Shown here in pieces: positions 32,947-40,000 of a stretch of 40,000 nucleotides of DNA; position 1 is the stretch's first letter; every line of letters starts with the position of its first letter. The notes under the pieces are model-generated. The model searched no databases and was not told where the DNA came from. It saw only the letters and a program-made list of their open reading frames with translations. Source of the DNA: Bacillota bacterium (GTDB taxonomy: Bacteria; Bacillota; Clostridia; Acetivibrionales; DSM-1351); the NCBI GenBank assembly GCA_023386445.1, contig JAEWJR010000087.1, forward strand, positions 1 to 40,000, read 5' to 3'. A program made the position numbers and the translations under genes.

Positions 32947-33918
32947 CTAAAGGGAAGCTTCAATAACTTTGCAGGGTAGGTCATCAAACAGTGGACTGAT
33001 TGAATCATGATTCTGAATTCTGATGATACTTTCAGCAAACAGAGGTGCAGCCGAAATCATACGGATTTTTCCGCTTCCATCGATAATTGGGCTTTGAACA
33101 GTATCTGTTGTTACTATTTGTTCAATACAGCTCCGGCTTATGCGGTTAAAACCTGTAGTATTCAGGAGAGTATGGGATACACAGGCAAATATTCTTTTCG
33201 CTCCATGGGCTTTAAGCATGTTTGCAAGATCAATAAGCGTGCCGCCGCTTATAATGAAATCATCTACTATAACCGCATCTCTATCCTTGACGTCACCTAT
33301 TAATTCCAGGATCTTTGCATTTTCACTATGATCATTCCGGGTCTTATCACCTATTACAGTGGGAACGTTCAAATATTTTGAATAAGCCCTTGCCTGCTTT
33401 GCAAACCCGGCGTCGGGTGAAACTATAACATAATTCTCCAAATTGAGGGATTTTATATACTCACAGTGCAGGGGCATTCCCAGCAGGTTGTCCACAGGTT
33501 TTTTAAAAAAACCCTGTACCTGGGGACTGTGAAGATCCATGGTGACGATCCTGTCGGCACCCGCCAGTTCAATACACTCGGCGCACACTCTGGCACGGAT
33601 GGATACCCGAGGCTCATCTTTTTTATCACCCTTTGCATAGCCGAAATACGGAATTACTGCTGTTACTGATTTTGCACTTGCACGTTTAAATGCATCCAGC
33701 CAGAAGAGAATTTCAACAAATTCATCATTGGGACTGAGGCCGATTGATTGAATCAAATAGACATCCTTGCCCCGGACCGGTTCCTCAACACGTACAAAAG
33801 TATTGCCTTCCGAAAACGTTCTAACGGTGGATTCTCCGAGCCTCAGGCCGATGTAGCTGCAAACCTTTTCTGCAAAATCCCTGCCCGAACTGCCGCAAAA
33901 TATCTTATAGTTATTCAT
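32947..33918 (-). CDS. prs: ribose-phosphate pyrophosphokinase
   Basis: 323-aa ORF with an N-terminal FCGSSGRDFAEKV...FSEGNTFVRVEEPVRGKDVYLIQS and a PRPP-binding loop VIVDDFIISGGT. Confidence 0.9.
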   Translation of the reverse strand: MNNYKIFCGSSGRDFAEKVCSYIGLRLGESTVRTFSEGNTFVRVEEPVRGKDVYLIQSIGLSPNDEFVEILFWLDAFKRASAKSVTAVIPYFGYAKGDKKDEPRVSIRARVCAECIELAGADRIVTMDLHSPQVQGFFKKPVDNLLGMPLHCEYIKSLNLENYVIVSPDAGFAKQARAYSKYLNVPTVIGDKTRNDHSENAKILELIGDVKDRDAVIVDDFIISGGTLIDLANMLKAHGAKRIFACVSHTLLNTTGFNRISRSCIEQIVTTDTVQSPIIDGSGKIRMISAAPLFAESIIRIQNHDSISPLFDDLPCKVIEASL

Positions 33919-34017
33919 TGTTCAGCCTCCCGACATTTATAGTCAATCCAATGTGATTTTAAACTTTTATTTGGGAAATAGGTAATACATATTATTTATA
34001 GGTCATATAAACTAGGA

Positions 34018-34905
34018 TTATCCGGTGGCGATTAAATCCACAAAACGCTTTGCTGCGGCGGTGAGCGGTACACTGCGAAGCTTTATAATCCCTATCTGCC
34101 TCGGAGGTATTTTTTCCTTCAGCCGGAGTTCAAATAAACTTCCATTTCCGATATCCTCTTCGGCAAAGTTTCTGACTACGCAGGAAATGCCGAGCCCTCG
34201 CCTTGCAAACTGGACAAGAAGATCACTTGTTGCCAGTTCGATTTCGGGTACGATTGAAAGGGAATGGGCCGACAAATAATTATCAATGTATTTTCGGGTG
34301 CTCGTATTCTTCTCCAGCATTATTATAGGATACCCTGAAAGCTCGCAAATAGAAATTTCTCTCTCTGATAAGACACCAAAACGGTAGTTTGACACAAAGC
34401 AGTCCTGGATTTCCATTGCTTCCATCACATCAAGCGATCGGTCATTGGCCAGGGGCAGGCTTGCAACTCCAAAGTCGATGAGGCCGCTTTTTAAACAGTC
34501 AATAGTCTCGGGTGTAGTTCCGTTAGTCACTTTAATGCGCACTTTGGGATGCTGTTTGTGAAATTCCTCCAGGTGGGGGAGAAGAAAGTATTTCAGAGTC
34601 ATATCGCTTGCACCGATTCTTATAACTCCGGCCTCAAGATTTATAGTCTCCGAAAACTTGGTTTCTGCCAGCATAATCAAATTATATCCCTGTTCGATGT
34701 ACTTATACAGGACCTGTCCTTCAGGAGTGAGAGTTATCCCTTTAGGTGTCCTGTAAAACAGCTGGCCGCCAAGCTTTGATTCAAGCTGCCTTACAGACTG
34801 GCTCACCGCCGGCTGAGAAATAAAAAGCTCTTGAGAGGCCTTTGATATGCTTCCGGTTTGAACTACATGATAAAAAACTTTATATAAGTCAAGATTAATA
34901 TCCAT
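34018..34905 (-). CDS. LysR-family transcriptional regulator
   Basis: 295-aa ORF with an N-terminal HTH (FYHVVQTGSISKASQELFISQPAVSQSVRQLE) and a C-terminal substrate-binding domain. Confidence 0.9.
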   Translation of the reverse strand: MDINLDLYKVFYHVVQTGSISKASQELFISQPAVSQSVRQLESKLGGQLFYRTPKGITLTPEGQVLYKYIEQGYNLIMLAETKFSETINLEAGVIRIGASDMTLKYFLLPHLEEFHKQHPKVRIKVTNGTTPETIDCLKSGLIDFGVASLPLANDRSLDVMEAMEIQDCFVSNYRFGVLSEREISICELSGYPIIMLEKNTSTRKYIDNYLSAHSLSIVPEIELATSDLLVQFARRGLGISCVVRNFAEEDIGNGSLFELRLKEKIPPRQIGIIKLRSVPLTAAAKRFVDLIATG

Positions 34906-35049
34906 ATAAGGACTCCTTATATAAAAGGCATATAATATAATACAATATTATATCACTTAACAGTTGGAAAAGAAATGAAACCATAGTTTCTTTTTGCGCG
35001 TATATTAAAATGACAGTTCAAACAGGAGGAATACAATGAATAATCTAGA

Positions 35050-35089
35050 AGAGCCCGCAATATCCTCTCAAGGTATACCTGCGGGCTCT
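35050..35089. terminator. GC-rich hairpin downstream of leuS (probably bidirectional)
   Basis: AGAGCCCGCA / TGCGGGCTCT 10-bp stem. It is followed by TTTTAAACTTT on the plus strand and lies 25 nt beyond the leuS stop on the minus strand. Confidence 0.55.
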
Positions 35090-35113
35090 TTTAAACTTTA
35101 ATTAAAATGAAGA

Positions 35114-37558
35114 TTACTTTGCTACAATATTTACAAGTCTGCCTTTAACAACAATAACCTTTTTAACTTCCTTGCCTTCAAGGAACTGTTTGATTTTTTC
35201 GTCTGCAAGTGCTGCCGCCTCAGCTTCGCTGTTATCAGCATTAGCAGATATCTCGATTTTACCTCTGACAGTACCGTTGATCTGAACAGCTACTTCTATA
35301 GTATCTTTAACAAGAGCTTTTTCGTCAAATGCAGGCCATTTCTGATTGAAAACAGAGTATTCATAGCCAAGCTGCTCCCACATCTCTTCTGCAAAGTGCG
35401 GTGCAAAAGGAGATACAAGCTTTACCAAATCAAGGATTGTTTCTTTAAACAGCCTGATATTCTTTGTCTTAACCTCGGCATCATATTTGTATAATGCATT
35501 TACCAGCTCCATGCAGCGGGAAATTGCGGTATTGAACTGGAATCTTTCGGTATCCTGTGTTGCGCCCTTTATAGCATTGTGGCGGACGAAATTCAATTCC
35601 TTATCGTCCCTGTCAAAATCTGTTCTGGCCTGGTTGGATTCCTGTTCGGCAAGGCTCTCCACAAGACGTTCAATTCTTGAGGTAAAGCGTGATATAGCCT
35701 TTATGCCGTCATCACTCCAGGGGCCGCCGTCAACATAGTTGAAGCCGAAGCCAAGATACATTCTGAAAATATCCGAGCCATATTTCCTTACGTAATCATC
35801 AGGAGAAATGGTATTTCCCTTTGACTTGCTCATTCTGTTTCCGTCAGGACCAAGGATGGTACCCTGGTGCACCAATGAGAGGAAAGGTTCATCAAAGTTC
35901 AGATGACCAAGATCTCTCAGTGCTTTGGTTATAAATCTTGCATAAAGCAGATGCATTGCCGCATGTTCAGCTCCGCCGACATATTTGTCAACCGGCAGAA
36001 GCTTGTTTATCCATTCGGTGTCAAAAGCCTTTTCACTGTTTTTGCTATCTGCATATCTCAAGTAATAGAAGGAGGAGCAAACAAAGGTATCCAGAGTGTC
36101 AGGGTCTCTTTTGGCAGGACCTCCGCACCTGGGACAGGTTGTGTTCATAAACTCTTCACTCTTCTTGAGAGGTGATTCTCCGTCGGGAGCAAACTCAACA
36201 TCGTAAGGCAGCAATACAGGAAGATTTTCCTCAGGGACCGCAACCTCACCGCAGTGTTCACAATAAACCACAGGAATGGGGGAGCCCCAGTATCTCTGCC
36301 TGGAAACCAGCCAGTCTCTGAGTCTGAAATTTATCTTTAAACTGCCTTTGTTATCTGCCTCCAGTTTTTTGACAATTGCAAGTTTTCCATCGCTGGAAGG
36401 CATGCCGTCAAATTCGGCGCTGTTTACCAGGACACCGTACTCACAGTATGGGAGTTCATCGCTTGAACCGTCAGCACTTTTGATAACCCGTCTAATAGGA
36501 AGATTATATTTTTTGGCAAATTCATAATCGCGTTCATCATGGGAAGGAACTGCCATAACACATCCAGTACCATAGCTTGCAAGTACATAATCCGCTATCC
36601 ACACGGGTACCTGTTCACCGGTTATGGGATGAACAGCATAGGCGCCGGTGAAGACACCTGTCTTTTCCTTGACGGTTGAAAGTCTCTCGATTTCGGTCTG
36701 CTTCTTTGTTTCCCTTATATAATTTTCCACCGCGTCTCTGTTACCGGCAGTAGTGATTTTGTCCACTATGGGATTTTCAGGCGCCAGCACAACATAGGTC
36801 ACACCGTAAAGAGTATCCGCTCTTGTTGTAAACACCTTGAAATCTATATCCTGGCCGGCTACCTTGAAGCATATCTCGGCTCCCTCGGAACGTCCGATCC
36901 AGTTGGTCTGTATTTTCTTTGTCTTCTCCGGCCAGTCTATGGTGTCCAGTTTGTCCAGCAGTTCCTGAGCATAGGCGGTTATCTTGAAGAACCATTGTGT
37001 CAGGTCACGCTTGGTTACTTCGGTGTCGCATCTTTCACAGGCGCCATCGATAACCTGCTCGTTGGCAAGAACTGTATTACATTTTGGACACCAGTTTACA
37101 GGCGCATTTTTCCTGTAGGCAAGGCCTGACTTGTAAAGCTGAAGGAATAGCCACTGCGTCCATTTATAATAGTCAGGCGTACAGGTCTTGATCTCATAAT
37201 TCCAGTCAAAGGTAGCTCCCATTTCCTTGAGCTGGCCTTCCATGGTTTCTATGTTTTTGAGTGTAGAATCCTGAGGATGTATACCTGTTTTGATTGCGTA
37301 GTTTTCTGCAGGCAGACCGAAAGCATCAAAACCCATGGGATGGAATACCTCGTAACCCTGCATTCTCTTCATTCTGGCCCAGGAATCGGTCAGGCCGTAG
37401 TTATACCAATGCCCAACGTGCAAATTGGAGCCTGAAGGATATGAAAACATTTCGAGACAGTAGAGCTTCTTGTCTATGTTTTCGGGATTAAACCTGTAAA
37501 TATCGGTATCTGACCACTTCTTTTGCCACTTTTTATCTATATCTGCTGAGTATGGCAT
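35114..37558 (-). CDS. leuS: leucyl-tRNA synthetase
   Basis: 814-aa ORF with a class I HIGH-type motif (LHVGHWYNY) and a KMSKS motif (RMSKSKGN). The N-terminus KKWQKKW is typical of LeuRS. Confidence 0.95.
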   Translation of the reverse strand: MPYSADIDKKWQKKWSDTDIYRFNPENIDKKLYCLEMFSYPSGSNLHVGHWYNYGLTDSWARMKRMQGYEVFHPMGFDAFGLPAENYAIKTGIHPQDSTLKNIETMEGQLKEMGATFDWNYEIKTCTPDYYKWTQWLFLQLYKSGLAYRKNAPVNWCPKCNTVLANEQVIDGACERCDTEVTKRDLTQWFFKITAYAQELLDKLDTIDWPEKTKKIQTNWIGRSEGAEICFKVAGQDIDFKVFTTRADTLYGVTYVVLAPENPIVDKITTAGNRDAVENYIRETKKQTEIERLSTVKEKTGVFTGAYAVHPITGEQVPVWIADYVLASYGTGCVMAVPSHDERDYEFAKKYNLPIRRVIKSADGSSDELPYCEYGVLVNSAEFDGMPSSDGKLAIVKKLEADNKGSLKINFRLRDWLVSRQRYWGSPIPVVYCEHCGEVAVPEENLPVLLPYDVEFAPDGESPLKKSEEFMNTTCPRCGGPAKRDPDTLDTFVCSSFYYLRYADSKNSEKAFDTEWINKLLPVDKYVGGAEHAAMHLLYARFITKALRDLGHLNFDEPFLSLVHQGTILGPDGNRMSKSKGNTISPDDYVRKYGSDIFRMYLGFGFNYVDGGPWSDDGIKAISRFTSRIERLVESLAEQESNQARTDFDRDDKELNFVRHNAIKGATQDTERFQFNTAISRCMELVNALYKYDAEVKTKNIRLFKETILDLVKLVSPFAPHFAEEMWEQLGYEYSVFNQKWPAFDEKALVKDTIEVAVQINGTVRGKIEISANADNSEAEAAALADEKIKQFLEGKEVKKVIVVKGRLVNIVAK

Positions 37559-37589
37559 TTAATCAACTCCTTTAAAATAATTTTCTACT

Positions 37590-37885
37590 AATATATAAAA
37601 CCCGCCTCTAAAAAGAGACGGGTTAATCCGCGGTACCACTCTTGTTAGCCTTTGGTTCCAATATATCAACCGGTATTCCTACTGTACTGAGTAAACAGAC
37701 CAGTGATATTGCTCGGTTGTCCAAAGCTCACTTGATATCTTGTAACGTAGATATACGGCTGTTATTAGCAGCAGCTCCACGGCGAGTTCAAAGTATGCAG
37801 CCTGCCGCACTTCCACCGTCGCATATGCGTTGTGCAGCTCTCTGGAGGTTCATCATCTCTTACTATTCCGCTTCATAACCTGTTC
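37590..37885 (-). promoter_or_regulatory. T-box riboswitch leader (Leu specifier) of leuS
   Basis: The minus strand carries the T-box core AGAGTGGTACCGCGG (37642-37628). A terminator AACCCGTCTCTTTTTAGAGGCGGGTT plus TTAT follows. Stem I has an AGAGA element. A CUC triplet (37786-37784) sits in a plausible specifier loop, GAACUCG. Confidence 0.85.
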
Positions 37886-37960
37886 TTATAACTTATAAAA
37901 TCCTTATTAGAGTATCATATATGAGAAAATTTTTCAACTGCCTTTATTTACGTTGTTTCC

Positions 37961-38302
37961 TCATACTTTTGCAAAGAAAATAACTCCTGTCAGAATAAGA
38001 ACGGTGCCTATTATTTTGGATGGAGTTATTGCTTCATGGAAAATATAATACCCGGCGAAGAGGCTGAAGGCATAAGTTGTACTTGTAAGAGCATATGCAA
38101 TTGAAAATGGTATTTTTGACAATATATAAAGCCAGAGCACCGTTGCGAGGCCGTATGCTGCAATCCCTGAAATAACATAAGGATTTATCAGCAGCCTGTA
38201 GGTATAGCCTGCAGGCTTCATAACGGCCAGCTTCCATAGAACCTGTCCAAAAATGGTTATTGCAGAGTTCAATATTGTAAGAATTATATATTTAATGGGC
38301 AT
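37961..38302 (-). CDS. small EamA/SMR-like membrane transporter (ArnE/ArnF-like)
   Basis: 113-aa ORF with 4 TM helices, adjacent to the dTDP-sugar genes. Confidence 0.55.
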   Translation of the reverse strand: MPIKYIILTILNSAITIFGQVLWKLAVMKPAGYTYRLLINPYVISGIAAYGLATVLWLYILSKIPFSIAYALTSTTYAFSLFAGYYIFHEAITPSKIIGTVLILTGVIFFAKV

Positions 38303-38449
38303 AGTTGTATCCTTAATGAATTATTGTGATAGTATGCCCAAAAACAAAAAATCATTATTCATCAGCCTTTTTATTGAATTATGTATGGGAGCAAACAAAT
38401 ATGAAATATGGCTCCATATTTGTAATACCCCCTCGTGAAATTTGAATAT

Positions 38450-39433
38450 CTAAGTTTCCCACCAGGATTGATTTTCCTTATACCATAAAACTGTTTCAAT
38501 AAGACCTTCCTTCAATTTATATTTGCTGGAAAAGCCCAGTTCATTTTTTGCCTTGGTGCTGTCTATTGCATAGCGGTTATCATGTCCTAATCTGTCACTG
38601 ACATATATATAAGAGTCTTGTGATTTGCCAAGAATATCAAGAATCATCCGCGCCATATTGGTATTGGAAACTTCTTCGCCACTGCCGATATTATAGACTT
38701 CTCCGGCCGAACCTGAAAACAATGCTTTGATAATTGCTTCCGAGTGATCGGACACGTGGATCCATTCCCTTACATTGGAACCATTTCCGTATATGGGTAT
38801 GGGCTCATTATTAAGAGCTTTTGAAATGCAGGTTGGAATAAATTTCTCCCTGTACTGGTTAGGGCCGTAGTTATTGCAACAACGAGTTATGATTACCGGT
38901 AATCCATAAGTTTTGTAAAAAGACCTTACCAGTAAATCAGCACCTGCTTTAGAAGCAGAATACGGGCTGTTGGGCAATAAATCCGAACTCTCTGTGAAAA
39001 AACCGGTATTGTTTTCCAGACTGCCGTAAACCTCATCTGTAGAAATTTGAAGAAGCCGCTTTTGGGCATAATTGTTTTTACTCCAGAAGTTATGGGTACA
39101 TTCCAGTATATTCAATGTTCCAATCATATTTGTCTGACCAAAAATGAGCGGATCACTGATGCTTCTGTCAACATGGGACTCAGCGGCAAAATTAATTATA
39201 TAGTCCGGATCATATTCGTGCAATGTTTTATTAAATTGTATACTATCACATATATCACCTTTAACAAAGTGATAGTTCGGCAGTTCTGCCACTTCCTTCA
39301 AATTTTCAAGATTACCTGCATAAGTGAGTTTGTCATAATTTACAACAACAAAATCTTTGTATGCATTCATGAAATACTTTATGAAGTTACTACCGATAAA
39401 ACCTGCTCCGCCTGTAACCAGTAAAACTTTCAT
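38450..39433 (-). CDS. rfbB: dTDP-glucose 4,6-dehydratase
   Basis: 327-aa ORF with a Rossmann motif TGGAGFIGSNF and a catalytic YSASK, typical of the RmlB family. Confidence 0.9.
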   Translation of the reverse strand: MKVLLVTGGAGFIGSNFIKYFMNAYKDFVVVNYDKLTYAGNLENLKEVAELPNYHFVKGDICDSIQFNKTLHEYDPDYIINFAAESHVDRSISDPLIFGQTNMIGTLNILECTHNFWSKNNYAQKRLLQISTDEVYGSLENNTGFFTESSDLLPNSPYSASKAGADLLVRSFYKTYGLPVIITRCCNNYGPNQYREKFIPTCISKALNNEPIPIYGNGSNVREWIHVSDHSEAIIKALFSGSAGEVYNIGSGEEVSNTNMARMILDILGKSQDSYIYVSDRLGHDNRYAIDSTKAKNELGFSSKYKLKEGLIETVLWYKENQSWWET

Positions 39434-39468
39434 AATAAAACCACCTCCTTGATTTTTGTATAATTAGT

Positions 39469-40000
39469 CTATAGATATAGTTCACTGCAGTCACCTATAA
39501 GAAATGAGTTGGAAAAGGGTCTATTACCTGCAGATCTGATGGATACGTTTTTTCCGATCAGGCTGCCGCTGATCCTCTTGGTGATACCTTCCAATTGGGC
39601 ATTCTCCAGAATAATGCAATTATCAACCTCACAGTTATTAATAACAACTCCTTTTCCTATGGATGAATAAGGTCCTACATAACTGTTGATGATAACCGCG
39701 TCCTCATCAATTGCAGCAGGACCTGCAATAATGCTGTTTTTTATATTGGCACTTTTACTGATTGATAACCTTCCCATATAAACTGCATTATCTTTTGGTA
39801 AAGCCTGGTTAAGCGTATCAATTTCATCTAGAATTAACCGGTTGGCATCCAAAATATCCTGTAGTTTTCCGGTATCCTTCCACCACCCTTGTAAAATCTC
39901 AAAAGTAACATTTCCGCCCGTACACAGCAGTTCCTGGATGGCATCGGTAATTTCCAGTTCACCTCTTGATGAAGGGGAGGTATTGTCAATTGCTTTAAAA
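39469..40000 (-). CDS. glucose-1-phosphate thymidylyltransferase, long form with LbH C-terminus (5' end outside window)
   Basis: The reading frame stays open to the window edge. The sequence ..SSRGELEITDAIQELLCTGGNVTFEILQGWWKDTGKLQDILDANRL.. is followed by a hexapeptide-repeat domain. Confidence 0.75.
   Translation of the reverse strand, partial: FKAIDNTSPSSRGELEITDAIQELLCTGGNVTFEILQGWWKDTGKLQDILDANRLILDEIDTLNQALPKDNAVYMGRLSISKSANIKNSIIAGPAAIDEDAVIINSYVGPYSSIGKGVVINNCEVDNCIILENAQLEGITKRISGSLIGKNVSIRSAGNRPFSNSFLIGDCSELYL

Noticed and set aside
1-40000. CRISPR arrays, transposases, integrases, reverse transcriptases (retron/DGR)
   Set aside because: I saw no regularly spaced direct repeats, no recognisable DDE/serine/tyrosine recombinase ORF and no RT ORF. 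A DGR idea for the fibre gene was dropped because there is no RT and no template repeat.

Overview
This looks like a low-GC Firmicute chromosome, Clostridia-like and spore-forming: it has splB, a T-box leader and an agr locus. Coordinates 1-17 kb hold a PBSX-like contractile-tail element. An XRE repressor and ImmA peptidase sit divergent from an Xpf-like sigma-type activator. After a 457-bp non-coding gap come head-tail joining genes, sheath, tube, a -1 frameshifted chaperone, tape measure, LysM protein, baseplate genes (XkdQ/R/S/T/U-like), fibre, XkdW/XkdX-like genes, amidase and holin. No terminase, portal, capsid or replication genes lie between the regulators and the tail genes, so this is either an R-type tailocin or a decapitated prophage. 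At 17.4-19.4 kb are splB and a PF06189-type 5'-nucleotidase. At 19.5-20.9 kb is phage debris (a truncated holin paralogue and an SH3b protein), then tRNA-Arg(CCU) and a frameshifted small pyrophosphatase-like gene. At 21.2-23.5 kb is an SPFH / zinc-ribbon (YdjI/YdjG-like) pair. The remainder holds pepF, an M29 aminopeptidase, a SWIM-SNF2 helicase, agrB with a candidate agrD and agrC but no response regulator, prs, a LysR regulator, leuS with a Leu T-box, and the start of a dTDP-sugar cluster. The most unusual non-genic signal is a structured element of about 130 nt present twice. One copy (5981-6114) is wedged between the tube and chaperone genes. The other (23743-24015) carries an extra branched insertion of about 150 nt. 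Their long closing helix is kept intact by compensatory base changes. The first 355 nt are ORF-poor, hairpin-dense and visibly GC-richer. No CRISPR array, transposase or integrase is visible in the window.
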